Shown here: piece by piece, positions 1-6,814 of the stretch
Layout: the number at the start of each line of letters is the position of its first letter
Position numbering within the stretch: the first letter of the stretch is position 1
Source: a virus
Taxonomy: Duplodnaviria > Caudoviricetes
Virus record (IMG/VR): IMGVR_UViG_3300020045_002023
Span: 1 to 30,437 of that record
Strand: one strand, 5' to 3'
DNA: 30,437 nucleotides
Position numbers and translations under genes: made by a program
The notes under the pieces: generated by a model
The model's database searches: none
What the model was told of the DNA's origin: nothing
Seen by the model: the letters and a program-made list of their open reading frames with translations, nothing else

Positions 1-114
1 TGTAGAGCTGCGGCGAATGCCCGCATAGTCCGGCGCATCCAACCGCGTATAAAGGTTTGGCCGTCATCTATCTGAGCGTAATGTCGCGCCCGCTCTGCCT
101 GGTAGAGAATGGCA
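1..114 (-). repeat. Exact 114-bp inverted copy of 2748-2861 (3' part of the endolysin gene)
   Basis: The reverse complement of 1-114 (tgccattctctaccagg...gcagctctaca) matches 2748-2861 base for base. The match stops at 115/2747. Confidence 0.97.
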
Positions 115-243
115 TGTCATCGGCTGCTAGATGGCGTGGTATGGGATGCAGACTTTGAAGAATCAAGGGACTTTTACATGCGGCGGGCAATGATCCGCAC
201 ATGGCGTCGGCTGATTGAACTAGGAATCGTGGTTATTAAGTAG
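112..243 (+). CDS. C-terminal fragment of a DUF1364 (YbcO-like) phage protein, 5' end lost at the junction
   Basis: Manual translation ACHRLLDGVVWDADFEESRDFYMRRAMIRTWRRLIELGIVVIK* resembles the DUF1364 C-terminus (CH..LDG....RT...L...G). Position upstream of Q fits a nin-like region. Confidence 0.65.
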   Translation, partial: ACHRLLDGVVWDADFEESRDFYMRRAMIRTWRRLIELGIVVIK

Positions 244-251
244 GGGGAAGT

Positions 252-467
252 ATGCCAGACGACGAAATGATGGAGATGGCGGCGGACATTATCGACAGCC
301 TGGACGAAAGCCTAACCATGTTTGACGCCTTGATAATTCTCGCAATGGCTACCGGCATCATGGCCTGCTTGATAGAGGAAGATGAGCCGGAGATAGGGCC
401 GGAAGTACGGCGCGAGGCAATGGACGCGGTTGGTAGCGTCAAGATGCATGATTTACAAATACACTGA
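252..467 (+). CDS. Small acidic hypothetical phage protein
   Basis: 71-aa ORF with an AGGGGG RBS, in operon context. Confidence 0.6.
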   Translation: MPDDEMMEMAADIIDSLDESLTMFDALIILAMATGIMACLIEEDEPEIGPEVRREAMDAVGSVKMHDLQIH

Positions 468-477
468 GGAATTGCGG

Positions 478-663
478 ATGGAAGAGAAAATTAGAATAGT
501 AATCGAGATAAGCAGAAAAGCAGCAGATCGCGCCATTGATGTTGTGGAATCCCATACCGATGAAGGCTCAAGCACACGGCCATATCCTGCATCTGCGGAG
601 TGGTGCGAGTTCCAGAGTGCGTTGCGCGAAGGCTATGACTTGGCGATTAAAAGCAAGGCTTAA
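478..663 (+). CDS. Hypothetical phage protein (61 aa, MEEKIRIV...)
   Basis: GAGGA RBS upstream of ATG 478, which is preferred over the ORF-track start at 430. Confidence 0.55.
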   Translation: MEEKIRIVIEISRKAADRAIDVVESHTDEGSSTRPYPASAEWCEFQSALREGYDLAIKSKA

Positions 664-688
664 AAATACACTAAAACGAGGGGGCAAT

Positions 689-1261
689 ATGGACGGATGG
701 TCGCCGACTGAGTTACTGGCACGGCTGGCAGCAAGAGGGCCGCAGCCTTCAATGGCTCCAGGGGGGAAGCCGAAGTATGCAATGGAGGACATAGCGGGGG
801 CTTTGGCTGGCCTGCCTTATCCGGTTTACTGCTATGCCAGGGTGAAGTTTTGCGGGGACGATGACCGGCTATCCATGTTGAACCTTCATGTAGAGGTGCG
901 GCGAAAGGTAATGATGTGGGCGAAGCGGGAACGCTGGAAAGGTGATGATGCGTTCTTCTCTGGCATATCCGCCCTTGTCGCCACAGACGCCGTGCGGGGC
1001 CGCTATTGCAAGAGCTGCAAAGGGACTGGCCTATACACCAACCAGACGCAATGCCGCCGATGTAAAGGCTCTGGCGTGGATTACATCACGCATCAAAGCG
1101 CAGCTAAGGCAATGGGGGGAATGAGCGAGGATAACTGGCGAAAGACGTGGGCAGGCCGGTATCTGGTATGCCTTGGGGAAGTGCAGGCATGGGATAGCCA
1201 GATAGAGGCGCATTTGCGGAAATTCCTGCTAGACAAACCACTTGACATGCCGTCCGGTTGA
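689..1261 (+). CDS. Q: Lambda Q-like late antitermination protein with Zn finger
   Basis: GAGGGGG RBS before ATG 689. Motifs DIAGALAG, CKSCKGTG...CRRCKGSG and WRKTW..RY. Immediately followed by a promoter, terminators and lysis genes. Confidence 0.8.
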   Translation: MDGWSPTELLARLAARGPQPSMAPGGKPKYAMEDIAGALAGLPYPVYCYARVKFCGDDDRLSMLNLHVEVRRKVMMWAKRERWKGDDAFFSGISALVATDAVRGRYCKSCKGTGLYTNQTQCRRCKGSGVDYITHQSAAKAMGGMSEDNWRKTWAGRYLVCLGEVQAWDSQIEAHLRKFLLDKPLDMPSG

Positions 1262-1282
1262 AACTACACTTTTTTCTATATT
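1242..1282 (+). promoter_or_regulatory. pR'-like sigma70 late promoter with a -10-like pause element
   Basis: TTGACA (1242-1247), 17 bp spacer, TACACT (1265-1270). A second -10-like TATATT at 1277-1282 falls at about +1 to +6, as at lambdoid pR'. Confidence 0.85.
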
Positions 1283-1297
1283 GGAAAACTGTCACTG

Positions 1298-1321
1298 AAG
1301 CCCGCCTTGTGCGGGTTTTTT
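1298..1321 (+). terminator. Intrinsic terminator (tR'-like)
   Basis: aaGCCCGC-cttgt-GCGGGT hairpin followed by a T-run. Confidence 0.85.
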
Positions 1322-1361
1322 GCGTTTAAGCCTTCCTCCTAGGTTGCAATAGCACCTACTT

Positions 1362-1388
1362 GCCCGCCACTGTGCGGGCTTTTTTATT
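1362..1388 (+). terminator. Second intrinsic terminator, near-duplicate of the first
   Basis: GCCCGC-cactgt-GCGGGC followed by TTTTTTATT. Confidence 0.85.
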
Positions 1389-1400
1389 GCCAAAAGAAAA

Positions 1401-1426
1401 CCCGGCAGTGCTGCAAACACTCCGGG
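1401..1426 (+). promoter_or_regulatory. Leader hairpin upstream of the RepL-like gene
   Basis: CCCGG-c-AGTG-ctgcaaa-CACT-CCGGG, preceded by an A-rich run, so it could also terminate minus-strand transcription. Confidence 0.45.
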
Positions 1427-1448
1427 CGGTGGCAAACCCATACGCAAC

Positions 1449-2069
1449 ATGGATTCGCAAATGAATGATAGCAAAAAACGCACGTTTGTCGATATTGAAA
1501 CTGGCGAAGAAATTGAACTTTTTGAAGATATAAGAATAGATAAAGAAGGCAATCAAGAAATTCGTTTAGTTTCAGAGTACTTACAAACGCCAAAATTGGC
1601 GCCAGCACCAACTTCGGTTGGCGTGGACACCAATTTGGAAGCCAAGAAGCTCAAAAATCGGGCGGTGCAGTGGATGAAAGCCAACATGTCGGCGGTGTTT
1701 GCAAGACTGGGCAAGGCCAACATTTCAGGCCGTGCACTGCGCGTCAATATGGCCCTTGGTGTTGAAGCCCACTGGCATGGCTATGTCACAGCTTCACTGG
1801 AAAAGATCGCCACCATGACGGGCATTGATAAGGCCGATGTGTCCAGAGCAATCAAAGAGCTGGAAGAAGCAGACGCGCTTGTCACTATCAAGCGCGGCCA
1901 ATACCGGCTAAACCCGGCCCTGTACTGGGCAGGATCAGACGTAGCGCAACAGAAAGCCCTTGGTGAGTATTCCTACCAGCGCGGAAAGGTTGCAGCAAAA
2001 GAGAAGGCAAAAGCCAAAGCAGCGAAGGCCAAAAAGCCAAAGCTCCGGTTGGTGCATTCTCAAAATTAA
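1449..2069 (+). CDS. RepL-like winged-helix DNA-binding protein with a basic C-terminal tail
   Basis: VDIETGE N-terminal motif, HTH SLEKIATMTGIDKADVSRAIKELEE, and YRLNPALYWAG as in the plasmid RepL family. The start could be 1449 or 1461. Confidence 0.65.
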   Translation: MDSQMNDSKKRTFVDIETGEEIELFEDIRIDKEGNQEIRLVSEYLQTPKLAPAPTSVGVDTNLEAKKLKNRAVQWMKANMSAVFARLGKANISGRALRVNMALGVEAHWHGYVTASLEKIATMTGIDKADVSRAIKELEEADALVTIKRGQYRLNPALYWAGSDVAQQKALGEYSYQRGKVAAKEKAKAKAAKAKKPKLRLVHSQN

Positions 2070-2115
2070 GCACCGCTGGCACTAGATCGGCGGAGGGAAA
2101 CGACATGGGAACGAC

Positions 2116-2397
2116 ATGGACATTGATACTCAGACAGCGTTTAACGCACTTTTCACGGCAGTTGGACTGCTAGGCGGGTGGATATTGAATTCCCTTAAGT
2201 CTGCGGTGGACGGACTTCAGCGCCAGGATCAGATTTTGGCCGATAAAGTCCAGCATATTGAGGTTTTGGTTGCCGGACAGTACGTTAAGCGCGATGCTTT
2301 TGATCGGGTATGCGACAAGCTGTTCACGAAAATGGACGAGCAGACAGCCGGACTATCCCGAATAGAGGAAAAGCTCAACGGGAAGGCGGATAAGTAA
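2116..2397 (+). CDS. Holin-like membrane protein (one N-terminal TM plus coiled coil)
   Basis: Hydrophobic AFNALFTAVGLLGGWIL segment. Abuts the endolysin gene. Confidence 0.55.
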   Translation: MDIDTQTAFNALFTAVGLLGGWILNSLKSAVDGLQRQDQILADKVQHIEVLVAGQYVKRDAFDRVCDKLFTKMDEQTAGLSRIEEKLNGKADK

Positions 2398-2871
2398 ATG
2401 GGCTTCTCGAAAGCAGTCGAATTCGTCATTGGCGAGGAAGGCGGCTTTACGGATGATCCGCGAGATCGTGGCGGCGCTACCAAATTCGGCATCTCACAAC
2501 GGGCTTACCCCGGATTGAATATCGCAAAACTCACCAGGGATGACGCTATCCACATCTACCAGCGCGATTATTGGGACAGATTGCCAAGCCTTCCAAGTCC
2601 GATAGACTTTCTGGCCTTCGATTTTGCGGTTAATGCGGGGATTGGCAGAGCAGTAAAGTGCCTTCAGTTGGCTATCGGCGTGAAGGATGATGGCAACTTT
2701 GGCCCTGTTTCCCATACCAAGATCAACAAGATGGCACCCATAGACGTTGCCATTCTCTACCAGGCAGAGCGGGCGCGACATTACGCTCAGATAGATGACG
2801 GCCAAACCTTTATACGCGGTTGGATGCGCCGGACTATGCGGGCATTCGCCGCAGCTCTACAGGAGGCGTAA
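2398..2871 (+). CDS. Endolysin, glycoside hydrolase family 108 with PG-binding C-terminal region
   Basis: EGGFTDDPRDRGGATKFGI catalytic motif, IYQRDYW, FDFAVNAG and F.RGWMRR. Confidence 0.92.
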   Translation: MGFSKAVEFVIGEEGGFTDDPRDRGGATKFGISQRAYPGLNIAKLTRDDAIHIYQRDYWDRLPSLPSPIDFLAFDFAVNAGIGRAVKCLQLAIGVKDDGNFGPVSHTKINKMAPIDVAILYQAERARHYAQIDDGQTFIRGWMRRTMRAFAAALQEA

Positions 2872-3176
2872 TGATCGACACCATGAAAAAGGCCATTAAA
2901 CCAGCCCAAAGGGGCAATGTCTCCGCTGATCCTGTTGCCGATAAAGTCCAGATCAACCAGACCGGCATGACGGTAACCGTTATCGGTGGCGTTGTTGGCT
3001 TGGCAACGGCGATGGGGTGGATAGATGAAAACACCGTGCCGAAAGATGCCATCCCCTATATTGCTCTGCTTGTCAGCGTTGGCCCTGCTTGGTTCATGTG
3101 GTGGAAGTCCTCAATTTCATCTCCCCGCGTCGGAATGTTCGACGTCCGTAAGCCTGACAGCGGCGAAGCTGAATAA
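2871..3176 (+). CDS. Two-TM membrane protein of the lysis cassette (holin- or spanin-like)
   Basis: TAATG coupling to the endolysin and an AGGAGG RBS. Hydrophobic segments VTVIGGVVGLATAMGWI and IPYIALLVSVGPAWFMWW. Confidence 0.6.
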   Translation: MIDTMKKAIKPAQRGNVSADPVADKVQINQTGMTVTVIGGVVGLATAMGWIDENTVPKDAIPYIALLVSVGPAWFMWWKSSISSPRVGMFDVRKPDSGEAE

Positions 3177-3231
3177 ATCCTCTGCTCTCAAGACTGGTCA
3201 GATCGCCATTAAATACAAGTGCAAGTTATGA
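3025..3231 (+). CDS. Candidate small lipoprotein overlapping the previous gene in the +1 frame (o-spanin/Rz1-like arrangement)
   Basis: GGGGTGG RBS, basic N-region MKTPCRK, hydrophobic ILLCLSALALL and lipobox-like LGS-C. Confidence 0.45.
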   Translation: MKTPCRKMPSPILLCLSALALLGSCGGSPQFHLPASECSTSVSLTAAKLNKSSALKTGQIAIKYKCKL

Positions 3232-3232
3232 C

Positions 3233-3266
3233 AAAGCCCGCGCTAGGCGGGCTGTGAGCGGGCTTT
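3233..3266. terminator. Hairpin between convergent genes, probable terminator of the minus-strand moron
   Basis: AAAGCCCGC can pair with either GCGGGCT (3247-3253) or GCGGGCTTT (3258-3266). Confidence 0.6.
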
Positions 3267-3422
3267 AGCGGCCCTGAATATGGCCCCGTCAATCATCAGG
3301 GCGAACAGTTCAGGCCGCGACTTGTGCCAGTCGTAGAGCGTTTGCCGAGGCACTCCGGACAGGAGCACCAAGGCGTCAACGCCGGATAGTCCGGCGCTTT
3401 TGCATTGTTGTGAGGGGGTCAT
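3243..3422 (-). CDS. Small HTH protein (59 aa), candidate autorepressor of the moron (Aca-like role)
   Basis: MTPSQQCKSAGL...LSGVPRQTLYDWHK HTH pattern. ATGA overlap with the upstream gene. Confidence 0.7.
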   Translation of the reverse strand: MTPSQQCKSAGLSGVDALVLLSGVPRQTLYDWHKSRPELFALMIDGAIFRAAKARSQPA

Positions 3423-3715
3423 GCTATTTCGTACCCATCGATTTCCCAATTTATTGACCCGCCATCACCCGTTTCGGCAATGATGTCGTCTTGCTCGTTG
3501 CTGGTGTAGTAGTAGGCGGTCAAAGTAACGGTATCGCCGTCTTTGTCCTCGCAGGAAACAGACGCAGACCATTCGCACCAGCTATCATTTTGGCAGGCAC
3601 CGTTATAGCCAACCCTGTTGGTTGGCTCGCAGTTTTCGCGCTCAACTCTTTCAACTGCTGCAAGACCAACAATTGCAATTGCTGCATCTCTGTTCAGATC
3701 GCCTTTTGTAGTCAT
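3419..3715 (-). CDS. Small acidic protein (98 aa), candidate anti-defence protein
   Basis: GAGAGG RBS before ATG 3715. Hand count gives 20 D/E versus 6 K/R. First gene behind a dedicated promoter. Confidence 0.7.
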   Translation of the reverse strand: MTTKGDLNRDAAIAIVGLAAVERVERENCEPTNRVGYNGACQNDSWCEWSASVSCEDKDGDTVTLTAYYYTSNEQDDIIAETGDGGSINWEIDGYEIA

Positions 3716-3764
3716 TTTCTTTTCCTCTCTAGGCTTTGGGTTCATTCCCTCTGCTCTTGGAGCA

Positions 3765-3793
3765 AATATAGTACGGCATGCCGACACTTGCAA
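3765..3793 (-). promoter_or_regulatory. Sigma70 promoter of the moron with a palindromic operator candidate in the spacer
   Basis: Minus strand reads TTGCAA, 17 bp (gtgtCGGCATGCCGtac), TATATT. Perfect palindrome CGGCATGCCG at 3774-3783. Confidence 0.8.
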
Positions 3794-3841
3794 GCTGCCA
3801 ATATACGATATGCGGATAAATCCGACGAACGGTAGGTTCTC

Positions 3842-4099
3842 ATGAAATATTTAACCATCATCAAGCTGGTTGTATCCCTATTGCCTGTGCTGATCGAGGC
3901 GATCAAGGCAGTTGAGGCAGCTATCCCTGGGAGAGACAAGGGAGAAATTAAACTTGCTGCTGTCCGAGGAGTCCTTGAAGGCGTCTATGGTACGGCAACG
4001 GATCTGGGTGTTACTTTCGCCGAGGCTTGGCCCGCTATCGCAAAAGCTGCGGCTGCGCTGGTATTGGCATTCAACACCGTAGGCGAGTTTCAGAAGTGA
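3842..4099 (+). CDS. Hydrophobic/amphipathic phage protein, possibly holin-like
   Basis: 85 aa with hydrophobic N- and C-terminal helices. Resumes the late operon after the moron. Confidence 0.6.
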   Translation: MKYLTIIKLVVSLLPVLIEAIKAVEAAIPGRDKGEIKLAAVRGVLEGVYGTATDLGVTFAEAWPAIAKAAAALVLAFNTVGEFQK

Positions 4100-4233
4100 A
4101 ATACCTGTATCACAAATTCATGGCCGCAGTGCTCAACGGGCTGGCATCTATGGGCAGCTATCTCATGCGTAATGCTGGCAGGGCATCCGAGTATCACGAA
4201 ATGATGGCCGATGTTGAGAGGTTGAGCCGGTGA
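4096..4233 (+). CDS. Small hypothetical protein (45 aa)
   Basis: GTGA overlaps with the flanking genes at both ends. Confidence 0.45.
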   Translation: MKYLYHKFMAAVLNGLASMGSYLMRNAGRASEYHEMMADVERLSR

Positions 4234-4451
4234 GTATTGCAGGGCCAATCGTTAGATCAATCGTGCGCGGCATTGTGAAGCCGATTATCCGTGGAGCGGG
4301 CGCAGTAGTCGCTGCAACGATCTCATTCCTCGACGAAGCGGGCACGGCTTATCAAACAAACACCTCAGTGCTGGACGAATCGGGCACCGCCTACGATGTG
4401 GGCGTGAACTTCCTCGACGAATCCGGCACCAGCTACAACGTGGGTAATTAA
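4230..4451 (+). CDS. Small protein with three 14-aa-spaced (F/V)LDE(A/S)GT(A/S)Y repeats
   Basis: Repeats are visible in protein and DNA (4326-4440). Basic amphipathic N-terminus. Confidence 0.65.
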   Translation: MSIAGPIVRSIVRGIVKPIIRGAGAVVAATISFLDEAGTAYQTNTSVLDESGTAYDVGVNFLDESGTSYNVGN

Positions 4452-4453
4452 CG

Positions 4454-5326
4454 ATGACAGCACTTAAAGTTTTATCTCTCGACACTACAACGCCGAAGGC
4501 CCGCGTCCCCGCAACCGGCGACTCGTACCAGATGCCTGTGACGCTGAACGCAGCAACGGGTAACGAGGTGGCATTCTCGCTTGATTACACAGTCAACAAG
4601 GCCACCAGCGGCAATGATACCGGTTTGGTAATTAACCAAACGGATACGGCGAGTCCTGGCACTTCGCTGCTGCTGGATTTGCAGGTGGGTGGAACCAAAA
4701 GCTTTTCCTTTACCACCGCGAAGCAGGCGTATCTTTGGAACCTGTTTACCGATGAATCCAACTACGAGCGCGGGTTTATGCGCTGGTCTAGTAATGTGCT
4801 GGAGATTGGGACTGAGGCTGCTGGGACAGGTACAGTCAGGCCGGTGAAAGTTCTCAGTAATGGCACGCTTAGCATAGGTGGAGCCGCTAATATCGACATT
4901 GTAAATGTTGGTGCAAATAACGCTAACGGAGGCATTAGGCTAACTAATGAGGGTGGTGAGGGATGGTTTGTCAGCTTTGCTGCGGGACCTTTACAGGGAC
5001 TAACTCCACTTAGTAGTTTGGACAACAACATTTCAGGGCGCGCCATTTGGGGGCAGTCTGGTGACGATTTGAATATCTATGGCGGCTTTGGGTATGGAAA
5101 TACTGACTCCCCTCATAGCGGAGGCCGTCTATATTTAAGGGGCGGAGGTGGGTCTTCAGCAGCGTCAACAGCAGCGGCTAATGGCGGTGACGTGGTAATT
5201 CGCGGAGGAACTGCAACAGGAACAGGGAATAACGGCCACATTATGATGGATCAAATCCCTTCCTCTGACCCTGGAGTTCCGGGGGCAATCTATCGCACGG
5301 CAGGCGCATTGATGGTGAGCATATGA
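4454..5326 (+). CDS. Gly/Thr/Asn-rich fibre- or spike-like virion protein
   Basis: Beta-rich composition with GG(D/R)(L/V).(L/I).GG repeats typical of fibre shafts. Confidence 0.6.
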   Translation: MTALKVLSLDTTTPKARVPATGDSYQMPVTLNAATGNEVAFSLDYTVNKATSGNDTGLVINQTDTASPGTSLLLDLQVGGTKSFSFTTAKQAYLWNLFTDESNYERGFMRWSSNVLEIGTEAAGTGTVRPVKVLSNGTLSIGGAANIDIVNVGANNANGGIRLTNEGGEGWFVSFAAGPLQGLTPLSSLDNNISGRAIWGQSGDDLNIYGGFGYGNTDSPHSGGRLYLRGGGGSSAASTAAANGGDVVIRGGTATGTGNNGHIMMDQIPSSDPGVPGAIYRTAGALMVSI

Positions 5327-5484
5327 ACATAGACCAATTAACTTACATTATCAGAGCCGTTGATGCCTTTCCCTCGCGGGACGGCAATGACATTAAACTC
5401 AAAGGTTCCGCACTGCTGGATCTGGTAGAGATGGCCGAACAAAAACAACAGGAGTTACAAAATGCAAATCAATCTGACAGCTAA
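5323..5484 (+). CDS. Small hypothetical protein (53 aa, MNIDQLTYII...), possible fibre chaperone
   Basis: Not in the ORF track. ATGA overlap with the fibre-like gene, and it fills the gap to 5462. Confidence 0.55.
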   Translation: MNIDQLTYIIRAVDAFPSRDGNDIKLKGSALLDLVEMAEQKQQELQNANQSDS

Positions 5485-5878
5485 ACAACTGGCTGGTGCG
5501 GCGAAAGCGCGACTGGCGTATAACGCGGCGAACCCTGATGTAATGGATGCAGAGGGCGCGGTGACTGAGAAGAAAACACTCGATACCGACGCGGACTATG
5601 TGAACATGGTTATCAGTAATGCTGCTGACTCATGGGCTTTGCAGCACAAGGTGGGCATTCTGACATCTGGCGAGTTTGTAATGAGATTCACCAGTGCAGA
5701 ATTTGCCGTCATTCTTGGCGCTGCTGATGTGTCGCCTGACGTGGCAGGGTATGTCAACGAGGTTAAAAGTCGTGATTTTGTTTACCTTGACTCACCACTG
5801 ACAACAGAGGGCATCAATGCGCTGGTAGCGGGCGGACTACTGACACAGGTAAGGGCTGATGAAATTCTGGCTCTTTAG
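5462..5878 (+). CDS. Hypothetical protein, possible fibre-assembly protein
   Basis: AGGAG RBS. EFVMRFT..E and L...GLLT..RADEIL motifs are of the type often found after fibre genes. Confidence 0.6.
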   Translation: MQINLTAKQLAGAAKARLAYNAANPDVMDAEGAVTEKKTLDTDADYVNMVISNAADSWALQHKVGILTSGEFVMRFTSAEFAVILGAADVSPDVAGYVNEVKSRDFVYLDSPLTTEGINALVAGGLLTQVRADEILAL

Positions 5879-6332
5879 TCTAATACTGCTCACAGGCTGC
5901 GCTGCTTTCCCGCATAACGGGCAATACCAGCAGGGCGACATGAGCATCACAGCAGCAGAGCAGGCGCATGTAGACAACCTGCCGAGGGCAGATGCTTTCG
6001 ATGCTGAGTGGTGCTACTACGGCGAAGATGGCAGGGCAAAGAACGTTGACTGGTGTCACGCGGTGTTTTCGCAATATCCCTTTATCAACTCCGTTACCGG
6101 GCAGCGCCAATCCGCAGCGATGACGCTAGGCCCGCGCACCGTGGCCGATCCTGAATACACGATCAAATACTACAACACCTACTATGACGTTTGGATTGCT
6201 TGCGCGAAGGTATCTCATTTGGGATGCACTGAAACGAATATGGGGAAGAAAACCGTCCACGTCGTCCACGGCGACAGAAACACCCTTGCCCACGAGCTTG
6301 AAAACCACATATTCCGCGATATCAAACACTAA
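5859..6332 (+). CDS. Lipoprotein with a C-terminal HExxxH motif
   Basis: MKFWLFSLILLTG-C lipobox, four further Cys, and TLAHELENH near the C-terminus. Confidence 0.7.
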   Translation: MKFWLFSLILLTGCAAFPHNGQYQQGDMSITAAEQAHVDNLPRADAFDAEWCYYGEDGRAKNVDWCHAVFSQYPFINSVTGQRQSAAMTLGPRTVADPEYTIKYYNTYYDVWIACAKVSHLGCTETNMGKKTVHVVHGDRNTLAHELENHIFRDIKH

Positions 6333-6407
6333 GCCCACGTTCGAGGGCAAACACCTCTATTTAATCGACTACGGGCGGGAAATCCCTGGCCCCTACGGGA
6401 AACGGCA

Positions 6408-6686
6408 ATGACGACAAAATACGGCACTCTCGCTGCTGACGGATCAACGGCGGCATTCACGCTCCATGCGGGGGACGTGGTGCATGCCTACGGCGATTTT
6501 GGCGGCGGGACACTCACGCTACAGCTCAAGATCGGCGGCAACTGGTATGCGCTCAAGAATGAGGATGCGACTAGCGCCTTTGCGGTGACGGACGACGCCA
6601 GTTGCGTGATCGAAAACGGCACTCTGAATTGTCGGCTGACGCTCTCAGGCGCTACAGCCCCCGATATTGACTGGGAGATTGCGTAA
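6408..6686 (+). CDS. Small beta-rich virion accessory-like protein
   Basis: GDFGGGTLTLQ.....NW motif, suggesting a small beta sandwich. Confidence 0.6.
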   Translation: MTTKYGTLAADGSTAAFTLHAGDVVHAYGDFGGGTLTLQLKIGGNWYALKNEDATSAFAVTDDASCVIENGTLNCRLTLSGATAPDIDWEIA

Positions 6687-6811
6687 TGGCCAATCCTCCC
6701 AAGTACAGACAAACCACTATTAAGGCCCAAGTCCGCGCAGCGGATAAGGGGAAACGCAGCGACTACGCGGTTTATGTTTTCTCTGGCCGCACTTTTGTTA
6801 AAAAGGACTAA
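6686..6811 (+). CDS. Small basic protein (41 aa, MANPPKYRQ...)
   Basis: Not in the ORF track. TAATG-coupled to the upstream gene, and ends 3 nt before the next ATG. Confidence 0.5.
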   Translation: MANPPKYRQTTIKAQVRAADKGKRSDYAVYVFSGRTFVKKD

Positions 6812-6814
6812 ATC

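Noticed and set aside
536-688. Extended 5' starts in the ORF track (536, also 7845, 8329, 9857, 15748, 19772)
   Set aside because: They overlap upstream genes. Downstream starts have RBSs or stop/start coupling and match family N-termini.
1290-1445. tRNA or other structured ncRNA after pR'
   Set aside because: No cloverleaf or T-loop consensus. The hairpins are explained as terminators and a leader stem.
2095-2120. Tandem AACGACATGG giving two ATGs before the holin-like gene (dual-start holin/antiholin)
   Set aside because: The ATGs are 11 nt apart and out of frame, so this is not a lambda S-type dual start.
4326-4440. Spaced DNA repeats (ttcctcgacgaa..cggcac) as a mini-CRISPR array
   Set aside because: The 42-bp period is in frame and degenerate at synonymous positions, so it is a protein repeat. 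No cas genes are present.
6333-6407. GC-rich hairpins in the intergenic gap as a riboswitch or ncRNA
   Set aside because: The stems are short with no recognisable family pattern and no second copy, so it cannot be supported.
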